NCBI RefSeq assembly: GCF_024521635.1
Contig: NW_026250405.1
Location: 62,001 to 126,000, forward strand
DNA: 64,000 bases
Reading direction: 5' to 3'
From: Tricharina praecox
Lineage: Eukaryota
The notes beneath the pieces are model-generated. The model was not told where the DNA came from. It ran no database searches and saw only the letters and a program-made list of their open reading frames with translations. Position 1 is the first letter of the stretch; every line of letters starts with the position of its first letter. The translations under genes and the position numbers were made by a program. Below, in pieces: positions 38,895 through 51,648 of the stretch.

Positions 38895-39801
38895 GTAGTA
38901 GTAGTCACTATCCTCCAACTGCCCAGTAGCCACGGCAAATCGGTCAGCTCCCTACTCATCATCACCACTGACCAGCGCAAAGATGGGAGGGCAAACGCTG
39001 GTATCGATCTCAATTTCCGAAGTCATCTTAATAAAGCTCGCGATAGCTGTTGCGCGCGCGCGGTGCAGTGGGAGTGGCGCGAGGCGAAGCTCCTTTATAC
39101 TTTTGCTATCTGACAGGTCGATTCCGAGCGAAGGTGGAATTCTTCATGCAGGAGAGGACGGCCGTTTGCTACGATACTCAGTGAAGCTCTTGCGCGTGGG
39201 GGCCGTATGCGGGGGGTGACCCGGTAAAATGTAGACTTCGTATCGTGAGGTGGCTACCGATTCGTTGTAGGGAGGGACAGCCAACAAGATGCTCGTGTGT
39301 AGTTCGCGCTGGATCCCTGATGACAGCAACGTCGGGGCAAGGAGTGGGATCGTCACGTACTCCGGTAAAGGTGGCTTCAGAGCTGCAGTAATGTTACGTC
39401 ATAGCCTATTTGACAATATCGGTGCTCCCTGCCAGACAATTCCACTTCACTACTCCATGATAGTTTCGAGGACGACTCAAGGAATCGATCGTGAACTCAT
39501 TTTAGACGCGCTTGACAGCCGCGCTATCTCTAACAATGTCTTACTTTAGTGCCGAGCTCGCACATTTTAGGCGTCACAATCGTGCTAGTACACTCTGCGC
39601 CACATTCAGCAGTATGTACCAGCTGTGCATTAGCCACATACATGTATGTATTGCGCTACATACGTTTGGCCCTTCGACTTCTTCATTTTCAATACAGTAT
39701 TTATTTGTCTGTATCCCAAAATTACGTGTAATCTATAGAAAAGAAAACAGCTTTGCGTGCTCTTCATATTATGTACTCTTGATAATCTAGCAGCCACTGC
39801 A

Positions 39802-41469
39802 CTACTCTGCCGGCTTCCGCCCGTATGCAACATAGCTTCACCGCGTCAGTTATCAGACTTTACTGGCGGAAGGGCTCGGAGAACGTACTACATGCTGTGG
39901 GTATGGATGCTCAGATCTTTAGCAACCTCCTTTGCTTCATGGATGATCTTTGATGCCTCTCCAGGATCCATCTTGAGGATGCGTGTGTACGGTGCGATCC
40001 CATAGGCTTCGATTCCCGTGTCCAACTGCCTTGCAAGTGTAGTTTTAGTAGAGACAATTGACCGTGGGTAAGAGAAGGGTGCTTGCATACCATCACCAAA
40101 GCCATTGCGCCGATTTGCTTCATCCTATTCAGATGCGAGGTTAGATATCATCCAATCTTGTCCCCGGTATGTGCAATCTCCCAGACCTTTTATCCTTCGG
40201 CCAAGGTCCATACGGCTGTTTGTAGGAGAACTCCTTCACATCGGCGAACCCTGCCGCTTCTAGTCTTCCCTGGAGCGTACCAGCCACGGGAAACGTACGA
40301 CCAAGTGTTTCCAACGTGTCTATGGTCAAATCAAACGATTTCTTGAGCGGATTTTCTTCCGTCATTGTGCCATCATCGCTGAAGACTTTGTGGCTTGGTC
40401 AGATGGTAGCATTTTACGGCTTGGTGAAGAGACCTACGTCGGCCTCCCAACTCGCCGATTTCCACATAACCTCCCGGCTTAGTTGCCCTGACTCAACTCA
40501 GCATTACCCTCGATCGCCGGGAAAGTGGAGCAGGCTAATACCGATATATCTCACTCATCATTCTCGGCCAGTCTGATATACTGGCTGCAAGATTCCGGAC
40601 ATGGATGAAATCGAAGCTCTCCTGAAACATATCAGAAGCAGCACGCGTACGGCAGTTGCCACGTAGACAGGATTAGTACCGCCCGATATGTCCACTCGAG
40701 CTCTGCATCGTCGACTTCGAAGCGGCTTTTATGAATCAGCTTCGTTCACGAATCACGATGTGGGCTTCGGCGATCTACCAATTGGGTGGAACCCTATACA
40801 ACCAAAGTCAAAGGTCTACGCAATGCCATTACTCCCCGGATCGTGTGTTTTCACTGCGTACCATTTCGGCTGAATGGGGCTGTTACATACGATCGTCAGC
40901 AATTCGTCACAGCAGTATGGACGTAGTGACTCGTCTTCTAGCGCCTTACCTCAAATCCGTCCCAATGACTTTCGCGTTGGGGTATGTGTCGGCCATATCA
41001 ACCGCCCAGATGCCAGTGCCTGTTCCAATGTCAAGAATCCGCTGTTTGCCGGAGTCAATTGGAGCTGCATGAAGCTTCCCGTCCATCATCGATAAGAACA
41101 CTTCGTGGTGGAGGTCAAGCCTGAAAAGCTACGTGAGATACTGTGATGATCCTCGTGCCATGTCAGGACGGAGACTACATACCGGTCCTGTTCGGCCTGT
41201 ACCCGGGATGTCAGCAAGGGGACCGACTTTTAATCTCGGGAGTGGGGGCCTCGTACCTCGTCCACTGGTAACATATTCTTGTCATATCCGTAGTATGTGT
41301 GATAGCGACGACCTGCCTCGATAATCTCGTCAGCTTTTCCTATTCAATTGCCGCCGCCAAAGACCCCGCCATCACCATTCTCGAATATGGTCTCATTGAT
41401 AGAAGCCCTAAGGCTCTGCGTGCTAGTGACGTATCCGTCTGACGACCAATCGTTGACCTCCATCTCCAT
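39802..41469 (-). CDS. SAM-dependent methyltransferase (LaeA/TAM-like family), tandem paralog
   Basis: SINETIFENG|RRYH, RILDIGTGTGIWAVDMAD, FDFIHVRNL, PGGYVEIGE, GPWPKDK, YVAYGRKPAE*; several 14-18 nt micro-exons. Confidence 0.85.
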
Positions 41470-42588
41470 CTGTCGTCGAAAGAAGCATCAGTGGAGTTAG
41501 CCTGCGCCCTAAACGATCGCGCGTTGTGTCTATACTACCATATCGTCTACCTCGATTAATCCCTGCGAAGCCATGTTTGTGCAGTGTGGGGTGCTGTTCC
41601 AGGCCGGTATAGTGCGATTCAAGGGAGCTTGTTGGAAGGATCAACGCGTAGTTACGCTTGAGCGGCGAGTCCCTTATATGTGCCCCGTAGTCCGCCCATA
41701 TGTTTCCCGCACACGGTACTTTAACCATGCGTAGATACTGCACTGTCAGCTATGGCTTGCATCCCAGTCGCTAAACATCCGCGTTGATTGGTGGTGTCTG
41801 CAGAAGAATATCGTAACCCTTGCTGCAGTCGGGATGAAAGCATGATGTGGTGGATACCTACCCCGCGATGTGGATCTGCGTTTGCTGCTTGGGTCGTACG
41901 CACTGGGATATGAGGTAAATGGCCTCGGGAACTCAAGGGAGAACTCGAGCTCGAGCTCGAGAGACTCCGGATAGCTCCCAGTTTCACAGTTCGAACGGGC
42001 CCTTACTACCGTTGCTAGGCGCGGCATAAGCGGAGCTGCTGCTAAGCGCGGATCCAAAAAATTCATCGAAATCTCGAGGCCCCCTGGCAGGAGATATTGG
42101 GCTGTACATCTAGATATGGACCGATATAGTCACTTAGACATGTAGCTCACATACTAATTATCCAGGTACAAGATATCTTGAACTTAATCAAACAGTGTCT
42201 TTTACAGCTCTTACGACGGGACGGGAGAGATAGCGCTTGATGATAGACATGTCGTCACAAGGAGGCGTAGACTCCAGAGTGCCCAGCACAGCGAACCGCA
42301 GTGAAAAACGACTTTTCAGATGCCTACAAAAATCACCCGGGGAGACGAAGACCGGGGCTGACAGGTGTATGAAGCTCTCACCAGTTCTTTTTATATAGTG
42401 TAGATCTGGTCGAGGGTTTTGGCATGCCTGGTCACTTTTGAGGTCATCTACGGCGTATACTACCCTGTGCCTACCGGTACCGCATATGGTGAGCGGCATA
42501 ACAGTTCGCCGACTCTGTGACTCAGTTATATGTCGACCATTCCAGCATGATGCCCAACAGTCGGCCTCCGTCTCATTCTGCAGCAACC

Positions 42589-44161
42589 ATGTCTTCCTCT
42601 CTTTCCAAAGCAACAATACTAATAACTGGTGCTGGCATCGCCGGACCAACCCTCGGCCTCCAAATCCTGGCCCACCCTCTCCTCGCTGCTGGCTTTCACC
42701 CGCTCCTCCTCGACCGCCTACCGCTTCCTCCCGCACCATCAGCGTTCGAAACCGGCGCTCCGCCCTACGCTTCCGGCGCTTCGCCCTACGCTTCCGGCGC
42801 TTCGCCCTACGCTTCCGGCGCAGGCGTAGTTCTCTCTAGCAACGACTTACACTCCCTATACGCCCTTGGCCTGAAGGGTGACTTCAACACGATTTCCGAA
42901 GAGGGAATGACAATGGACATCTGGCGCGCAGATAGCAAGAACCCCGCCAGACCGGGCAGGTACCTCAACCGACTGGCGTCCCCATGCTGGGCGAAAGATG
43001 TGGATTCTGGGCTTAGAACTGTTGAGAGGGCGAAGCTGCAGAGCTTACTGGTGCACAAGTACATTAGCAAAGGCGGGGAAACTAGGTGGAATGCGAATGT
43101 TGTGGGTGTGCAACAGACTTCGTCCGGCGTTGATGTGCTTCTGGAAGGGGGAGAGAAGGTGGCGGGAGATCTGGTGGTGGGTGCTGATGGGGTCTGGAGT
43201 TCCATCCGGAGGGCGTTGCTGAATGGGGATGATGAAAGGTGGAAGCCGGAGTATCAGGGGTCGACGGCATTGCTGGGAATCGTGTCGAGGCCCGACGTGA
43301 AGAATTATGAGCAATTGGCCGGAAAGGGTCGTATTGTGTATATCGATGGGGGGTTTTGCGGCACATAAGCGCTTCCGAACGGCAGGCAATACTTCCAGGC
43401 ATCTGCGACTACGCCTGAAGGGCCCGCATCGAGTACGAGACGGTACAGCTAGAGGGTTATAAAGCACAGTTTTCCACCGGGGGTTATTCGGCGGAGTCGT
43501 CGTGGGAGGTTTTGCGGAAGTATGAAAACGTTTGGCATCCCACATATGGCACGTTCGGGAATGTATTCAAAGCTGCCGAGCGGATGGGCAGAGTGGTTTT
43601 CTGGCAGCGCATCTGGAGGGAAAACGAGATTCAGGGCCGTAATATGGTCCTCGTTGGCGATGCGGCGAGATGTATGGCGCATGGTCAAGGTGAGATTTCT
43701 GGCCTGGCCACGGGGTGTCCTCCTGGTATTGACGAGGTCTCAGGTGCGAACTTCTCAATCGAAGATGTTACAGTTCTTGCCGATGCCTTGCTCAACAACT
43801 CCGCAACAATCGACCCAAGCACAAATCAGAAATCATTCGAAAACGCTCTGAAGGAGTATGCATCACAATGCGTTCCGAGATCCAGAAAGGTAGCAATGCA
43901 ATGCTATTGGAGCAATATGATCAGCCAGGGGGACAAGTGGTGGTCTGGGTGGCTAAGAGACTTCCTTACACGAAAGGTCAAATGGACACCGATAATCGAG
44001 AGTATTGTTCTCCCTAGATCTGTTGACGGGGCTTAAAAGCTGACCGTGACAGGCTAACAAAAGCTGGAGGGAAAGTCCCAAGTCAGGATTGGCTTTTTGG
44101 AGCGAGGTTCAATATCAGGCTAAGGAAAGAGGGAGAAGGGCCACCGAAGATGTTTGTTTAG
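42589..44161 (+). pseudogene. FAD-dependent monooxygenase (salicylate hydroxylase-like), disrupted
   Basis: ITGAGIAG, VVGADGVWS, LVGDAAR..GQ|GANFSIED motifs; in-frame TAA at 43366-43368 and a frame change around 43400-43450. Confidence 0.7.
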
Positions 44162-44759
44162 GACCAAGGACAATAATGATGCGATCCCCCGAACTTCTGC
44201 TGCCGTCGTATGAGAAAGTTGAAGCAGCCCACTGGGTGCTCCTTCATTAACCTCAAAATTAGAGTCATAAATTGTATTTCAACCCAAAAAAACTCGGTTA
44301 TGTCCATCAATTGCTTGCCACTACCTCGACCTCCCGAACGCGGTCATCAACGAAGTTGCTTTGCCGGCATTCGGGATCGAAGCCATTATGATATTCCTTA
44401 TCGCAGGATGTTCGGCAAGATCCGAAATGCAGGGCCCAACTGTAAAATAGCACACGTGACACAGCCTAATTTTGCTTCACTCTGCTAGTGCCCATGCGTC
44501 ACCAGCAATAATTCTTCGAATACAGATCGAATCGGTTCCTCACAGGCTTCTACGCCCTCTCCATGAGCCTATTCCCTTCCTTCCGCACAACCGTGATAAA
44601 AACATAAAATTCTGCTCAAAATGGCCCCCACGTACCCCACACCCGGGTAACGGGCACCCTAAACAGCCCACTTTTCAGAGCTCTCTCGTCCTTATCCCAA
44701 CCAACTCCATCCTTCCGTCTCTTCTTGATTTGCCTCGTACTGTCTTCATTCTCGCCGCA

Positions 44760-46128
44760 ATGCCTCCCAAGAAAGCCCTCGTTGAAGCCGCCAATGTCAT
44801 CCGCTTCGGGCGGATGAAGAACCACCTGAAGATGGGAGTGGTTGGACTGCCCAACGTCGGAAAATCCAGTCTTTTCAACCTCCTCACCTCGCAGGCCGCT
44901 GCCGCGGAAAACTACCCTTTCTGCACAATTGAGCCGAATGAGTAATTGAACCTCCTCTCCGCGCCGCTTCAATCCGGCTAGTGCTAACGCGTATCCCACA
45001 GGGCGCGGTGTCCCGGTATGTCTCACCAGCAGCAAGCAAGCCATGTCCGACCCCGCACTGATTGATCCACAATAGTCCCCGACGCCCGGTACGACTACTT
45101 GACACAGATCTGGAACCCTCCGTCCAAGTACCCCGCGTACCTCAGCATCACCGACATCGCCGGGCTGATCAAGGGCGCGTCCGAGGGCGCCGGTCTCGGC
45201 AACGCTTTCCTCTCGCACATCCAGGCCGTTGACGGAATCTACCACGTAGTGCGCGCCTTCGAGAACGACGACGTAGTGCACGTCGACGATTCCGTGGACC
45301 CCGTGCGCGACCTCAGCACCATCAACAGCGAGCTGTGCAAGAAGGATCTCGAGATCGTGGGCAAGGGGATTGAGACCGAGGCGATTAATGTCCGCAAGGC
45401 GCAGGGCAAGGCGAACCCCCTGTTCGCCGAGTGCGCGGCAAAGATGCGCGATCTCCTCGAGAAGTCCACCCCGATCCGCGATGGAAAGTGGAGCGCCGCT
45501 GAGGTCGAGATGATCAACGAGAAGTTCGCGCTGATCACCACGAAACCGATGATCTACCTCGTCAACCTCTCGAAGACCGACTACATCCGCAAGAAGAACA
45601 AGTGGCTGGCGAAGATCTCGAAATGGGTGCAGGAGAACGGCGGTGGCTCGCTTATCCCCATCTCCGTCGAGTTCGAGCAGGCGCTGTGGGAAAAGCGCGA
45701 GGACCCTGCGGCCGTCGAGGAGTTCCTGACTAGTGCGGGGGTGCAGAGTGTCCTGCCGAAGGTTATCACCCAGGGTTTCACGCAGCTCGGCCTGATCTAC
45801 TACTTCACCGCCGGTGATAAGGAGGTCCGCTGCTGGACTATCCGTGACGGAACGCTCGCGCCGCAGGCGGCCGGCGTTATCCACGGTGACTTCGAGCGCG
45901 GATTTATCAAGGCCGAGGTGGTGGCGTACGAAGACTTCAAGACCCTCAGCGCGGGAAAGAAGGGAATGACCGAGGTCAAGGCGGCTGGAAAGTACAGACA
46001 GGAGGGAAGGACATATGTGGTCAATGACGGAGGTATATTTTCCACCTCTCACGTTTTGGTGCAGGAACTAACCACAAATAGATATCATTCATTTCCAGTT
46101 CAATGTCACGGCGCAGAAGAAGAAGTAG
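44760..46128 (+). CDS. OLA1: Obg-like ATPase 1 (YchF family)
   Basis: [64 protein letters not shown]; 14-nt micro-exon 45002-45015; last exon DIIHFQFNV. Confidence 0.95.
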
Positions 46129-47149
46129 ATTGTTTATCAGTGCTTCGAATGATGGGTACGAGTAAAAATGGGCGATTGGAATGTATCTAGATACCTCAAA
46201 ATAGACATGATACCAGTGGGAGTGGCGAAATACTCACTACTTCCGTAACGATCACAACGTATCCTCTGAAACGAACCTCCATCACTTTACGTGACGAGCT
46301 TAGTGATCTTAATTCCCTTTCCCTACTGCTTTTGGTCCATGTCCCAGCAGTACGGGGTGAACCATAGCAACCATGCCTCTGTGGTGGGGCCTGCTGTGCT
46401 ATCTATATCTAGGCCTCACGAGTCACATTACTGGTCTTCTGGAACCAAACGGCATCGGTATCAAAAACATCTTCCAAACTCATTATTTATCCGAAAACCA
46501 ACCAAAACCAACCAGAAATGCAAAACACTTCCCCATATCCGTCCAATCTGTGTCAATGTGGCATCTTTCGGAATCAGCTATATAACAGGAAAAATGATGG
46601 CAAGTAGTCGCCTTGAACTTGCTGATGGTGAGAACCTTGTGCTAAAGGCGGGAATCTTGTGTCCCCCCTCCGCCCTCCCCCGTCCCCTCCCCTCCGCCAC
46701 ACCCTCCCCTCCCCTCCCCTCCACCACCACCACCAGGTCAACTACGACACTTCCATCTGCATCCAAAATAATGAGCCAACACATCACTCGAAACAACTCC
46801 CGCTCATCCCTCTTGCGAGATGGCCGTGAAGGGCCATGATCTCCTTTATTCGTTGGTATTCTTTCAGCTGTGGTCAGGATGCAAGATTCGGCGGGCCGTT
46901 TAACGTATTATTAAGCGTGCTATCAAACCCCTCAGTGGACCGGCACTGTCCTCGATAATACTGCCCTGATCCAGCGCCTGGACTTTGGGTTTCGGGGACC
47001 GATTGGATCGATGGTAGGCCATATGGTCCCGGCAAACAGCCACCATTGATCCAATCTGTCACCGAAGCCCAAAGTCTAGGCGCTGAATTTGACGGTTATC
47101 GTTCGGGTAGGTACGTTCAACCAATACCGGGGGATGTTCGGATACCCGA

Positions 47150-47710
47150 GGAAGGGTGTGACGCCCCAGAACTAACAGTAGTATGCGTCAGATCCAGATG
47201 GGTGGTGTTACCAACCGTAGGCTCAAGCGAGTGACCGCGAATGATGTTTTGGAGGTATGTTGTGAGGGACTGTACGCCAGACCACAAAATTGAAAGCCAG
47301 AGACAGGTGTGACGCAGCAAAACATTCCAAGTGGGTGACGTTACCAGCCCTTGATGAAAGTGGAACATCCAGAGTCCAGCCATCCGAGGAAGATGTGCAT
47401 GACCGGGCGTAGTCAAAGCTGATACGACGTAAAATGAGGGTAAACAGGCGGTTTCCACCAGCGTGAACTGCAGGAACGTCGAGGAAGGGAGTGACGCCCC
47501 AGAACGATCCAAATGGGTGACGTTACCAGTCCGTCAAGAAAGTTGAACATCCGGATCCTGGCCTTCCGAGGGCAGTGTGAATCACTGAGCGTAGTCAAAG
47601 CTGATCTGATGAAAGGATGAAGATTCCAAGAAGGTCGAGCATCTGGATCCCGGCCTTCCGAGGGCAGTGTGAATCACCGAGCGTAGTCAAAGCTGTTCTG
47701 ATGAATGGAT
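47150..47710. repeat. Degenerate ~150-185 nt direct repeats (3 copies plus a ~60-nt re-duplication)
   Basis: gtgacgc..gggtgacgttacca..gaacatcc..ccgagg..gcgtagtcaaagctg recurs near 47156, 47308 and 47490; 47553-47612 is nearly identical to 47646-47705. Confidence 0.75.
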
Positions 47711-48049
47711 GAGATTCAGCATGCGTCTTGAAAGGAGGAGGATGACGACGATGGAGGTTGAACAGTCATGACAAGTTATGGGGCAAGATTGTGAAGAGGG
47801 CAGTATAGCTGATGATAGTATCATACCAGAACCCACAACTCTCTGTGTTTTCCGCACCCCGCACCACAAGGGACCATTATAGTCCAAGCATTCCAAGGTA
47901 TTTGTGTGCGGGGCCGGAGGCGACAGCGGCTATGAAAACGTAGGACTCGTAATCCTATGGCCGGGCGAGCATGTAACCTAGAGGGTGTTGCCGGATCGTT
48001 TTCTAGGACGAGGTGAAGGAAACCAATTCAGCCACTGCCATGATCGAGA

Positions 48050-48620
48050 GAGGGGAGGAGTATGATGATGAGGATGACGGGGATGAGGACGAGGACGAGG
48101 ACGAGGACGAGGATAAGGAGAATGAGGAGGATGAGGAGAATAAGGAGGATGACGGTGAGGACGACGACGAGGAGGAGGATGTCAACTTACTATTCCGCTA
48201 CATGCGAGCTATTTGTCGTAAAAGAAAAGTGGAGTCTTCATATCAGTGGCCATCCAAGGGCTAAAACTGGTACGATGAAAGGAAAGGTGGAGGAGGAGTG
48301 GGAGGGATAGAAGTCTAAGAGGAAGAAGTATAAGGGGTAGATATCTGAGCAGGAAGAGGAAGAGGACGAGGATGAGGAGTGGGAGGAATGGACATCTGAG
48401 GAGAAGGAGTGGGTGGGATAGATGTCTGAGAAGGAGGAGGAAGAGGATGAGGAGGAAGGGAATGAGGAGGGGGAGAAGGACGAGGAGGACGAGGAGGACG
48501 AGACCGAGCAGGATGTGAGAGTACTGTTCCGCTACATGTGAGCTATTTGTCGTGAGAGAAAAGTGAAGTCTTCATATCATTGACCATCCGAGGTCTAAAA
48601 CTGGTACGATGAAAGGAAGC
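48050..48620 (+). repeat. Direct duplication: GAG/GAT-rich tract plus ~95-nt unique segment, two copies
   Basis: 48188-48284 and 48522-48618 (ttccgctacatg.gagctatttgtcgt...ctaaaactggtacgatgaaaggaa). Confidence 0.8.
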
Positions 48621-49619
48621 AAGAAGGAAAGTGAAGAGAGAGGGTAGAGAAGGAAAGAGAAGAGAAGAGCGAGAGAGAGAAAGAAATAGCCTCCGCAAAT
48701 TAGGCCTGTGCCTAATTCCCAACATGGTTCACAGCACAAGAGGGCGTGTAATGTTGTTGTGGCCAAATCCACCAAATCAGTCATATTGTTGCCATTTCAG
48801 CTGGATGAAGTCTATTTGGTTATCCATCCGAAGGTTTCTATTCAAGCATGAAGGCCCCTTTCAAGATCTCGAAAATGGTGATGTTTGTAGGTTGGTTTTG
48901 GTTGTTCATACGAGCTCACTCGGTATACAGTTTTTGTGTAGTTTCATCCTGTGACGACTTGGACAGTCCCCATACGGGAGCCGGAAGAAAGGGAGGCGGA
49001 TATGAGGCGAGGGGAGAAGAATACTCCGAGGTTGAGAAGCCTGGATCACTCCCGCTGTTCCTCCCCACACCTTCTTTCGTGGAATATCCTGATGGAAAGG
49101 CAGGAGGCGAGGTGGGGTACGTAGTAGGGGGCGCAACCTGGTTCTTTTTCTTAATATTGTTTCCTTGGTACTTTGTACGATTATCGCTAGGATAGGGCGG
49201 GCCGGTGGGTAGGGGAAGCCACATCGGGCCGCTCGATGAAAGTCGGCAATCAATGATTAAATAAAAATAAAAAACTTGAACAGACTCTGGCGTATTCCAT
49301 GATCTTGATACATGGTCGAATGCATTCTGATTTCACGAACAAAATTTACCATAATCATCTAGATACATGGCTGGATTCTAGGTAGTCAAAATGAAGTCAA
49401 AATGAAACTAGCTTCAAACGATCGATCTTACCGTATCACAGGCAACTTGCTGAATCTTCCCTCGACCCATCCCGCAGAATCTTTTGTCTTTTCCTTCCAA
49501 CACACCAGTTTACTCTTCCTCTCTCTACCACCATCTCATACCCTTCCTTTTACGGCGGTACTGCCCTTCCCTTTACAGCGGTACCGCCCCTTACGACTAT
49601 CATCACTATCTCTTTCGAC

Positions 49620-51044
49620 ATGTCGTCTCAGACCCCACCGCGCCCGCACATCAGCAGTGGGCTTCTGGACTCGATCAAACACCTCCCGCCACTGATCTCT
49701 CTCACTGACGAACATTTCCCTCGTTGGTCGCTTGAGCTGAAGCAGATCCTGAAGGTTGTGGGCCTGTGGCAGTATGTTATCGGCAAAACCAGCGACAATC
49801 GTCTTAGCGTTGTCGTTTGGCCTTTTGACAACATCGTGGACGAGATTCGCTGCAAGCGGCTTCAAGCAAGTGGACTCATTCTGATGGCGATGAAGCCTGA
49901 ATTGAGAAAACATTTCACAAACGAAAGATACGACGACCCTACCGAGCTGTGGACGTCGCTCAAGAGTCTCAACGTGGACGTCATGAAGCTCTACAAGATA
50001 CCGCCGCAGATTGCGATACCAGTACCGGTCCGAGCCACTCCCGCCGAGGTACAGGGGCACCTCGCTGTGGCCGCTCAGCGTTTTGAAGTAGATCACTGGA
50101 ATGCTATGGCCCCTACTGCAGCCCCCCCGACGGTTGTGGCTCTCACGAATCAAGCACCCCCGAGCCGTCCTTGCTGGAGCGTAGGATCCGTTGAACCTAC
50201 TCTGAAACCTGTATGGATCGACCCGTCACCGAAAAACACTCCGTCTCCTGCTTGGAACTCGCCTAGTGCAAATCCGAGCTCGCTGGGGATCCCTGCGTGG
50301 GATCAGGGACGCAGTTCCCCCGCAGTTGAGCCTGTGTGGGACAACGTCTCTCCAGTCAGACCGGCTGTGTCTGGTTCGCCCGCCGCCAAGCCCGCCTGGG
50401 ACTGCAACTCCCCCGCCAAACCGAGCTCCCCCTTTGCCTCACCTGTCTGGGGCTCCATCCACGGATCTATCAATGCGGGCTCTATACATGTTTACAACTC
50501 GCCCGCCACCAAGCCCGCCTGGGAATCCAGCTCCGCCGTCAAACCGAGCTCTCACCCTGCCTCACCTGCCTGGGGTTCCATTCGCGGATCTAGCAATGCG
50601 GGCTCCGTACATGCTTGTAACTCGCCCGCCTGGGACACCAGCTCCCACGCCAAACCGAGCTCCCCCTTTGCCTCACCTGCCTGCTCCATTCGCGGATCTG
50701 ACAATGCGGGCTCTGTACATGCTTGTAACTCGCCCTCCACCAAGCCCGCCTGGGACACCAGCTCCACCGCCAAACCGAGCTCCCCCTTTGCCCCACCTGC
50801 CTGGGGTTCTATTCGCGGATCTAGCAATGCTGGCTCTGTACATGCTTGGAACTCGCCTGCCGCAACCAACAACTCTCCCTCCATTCGTGGTGCCTGGGAC
50901 AATGCCGTGATCTCTCCCGTTCGCTTCAGAAATGGCAGTTATTGCGATGGAAACGCCGGAGAGGCTGGAAAAGATGCGGTTGGAGCTGATGGAGGCGAAG
51001 CTGACAAGTGGGATGCTAACAAGTATCGGGTCGACTCATGGTAA
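49620..51044 (+). CDS. Intronless 474-aa ORF: Ty1/copia Gag-like (DUF4219/UBN2-type) N-terminus plus ~40-aa tandem repeats
   Basis: LTDEHFPRWSLELKQILKVVGLWQYVIG and QASGLILMAM..DDPTELWTSLK resemble the copia Gag N-terminal pattern; four repeats at 50376-50860. Confidence 0.6.
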   Translation: MSSQTPPRPHISSGLLDSIKHLPPLISLTDEHFPRWSLELKQILKVVGLWQYVIGKTSDNRLSVVVWPFDNIVDEIRCKRLQASGLILMAMKPELRKHFTNERYDDPTELWTSLKSLNVDVMKLYKIPPQIAIPVPVRATPAEVQGHLAVAAQRFEVDHWNAMAPTAAPPTVVALTNQAPPSRPCWSVGSVEPTLKPVWIDPSPKNTPSPAWNSPSANPSSLGIPAWDQGRSSPAVEPVWDNVSPVRPAVSGSPAAKPAWDCNSPAKPSSPFASPVWGSIHGSINAGSIHVYNSPATKPAWESSSAVKPSSHPASPAWGSIRGSSNAGSVHACNSPAWDTSSHAKPSSPFASPACSIRGSDNAGSVHACNSPSTKPAWDTSSTAKPSSPFAPPAWGSIRGSSNAGSVHAWNSPAATNNSPSIRGAWDNAVISPVRFRNGSYCDGNAGEAGKDAVGADGGEADKWDANKYRVDSW

Positions 51045-51648
51045 TGATTAATCGACGTTTCGGATGCTACCGTAAGCAACTCCCAGTCCACGGTGACATA
51101 GTTCCAATGTTGATTGAAGTTCATCACAGGCCTTTTGCTACAGTATCATCGCACATCGACAGTGATTCCTTTGTTTGGATAGAGCTGGATGTGCCATGGT
51201 CTTCTTCAATAGGTGCATCATTAGTTAACGTTCGTTTTACAATCACCAGTCAGTCGTCAACGATCATAGCAAGCTTTTTCTCCTATTTCCTAATCAGGGC
51301 ATAATCCGTATATTAAGCGCGGAACATGTCTTTAGTTCTCGAAACACAATTTCCAATATCCGTCATCAGCCACAGCTATTTCTGCATTCTGAAATCCGCT
51401 TAGTGAACCAATCGCTGCAGTGGTTGCATTAGAGATGAGAGTTGGTGGTTACACACGCAAACCATGGAACGCAAGCGACCTTCCTGTAATTAACCCACAA
51501 GGGACAAACTCGTCAAACTAGCGGCCCGTATCTGTACATGGGATATATAGTGGTAGGCTGAGAGACCTATGTATATAAGTAGAGGCGGTACCCCTCTCCT
51601 CTCTTGCGTTCATACGTTCTATCATCCAGTCAGCAACTATCGTTCACC

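Noticed and set aside
44616..46052. 478-aa ORF antisense to OLA1
   Set aside because: Shadow of a GC3-rich conserved gene; no domain-like features
47150..47710. Repeat-spacer-like pattern resembling a CRISPR array
   Set aside because: Eukaryotic context, long degenerate units, no constant repeat/unique spacer structure, no cas genes
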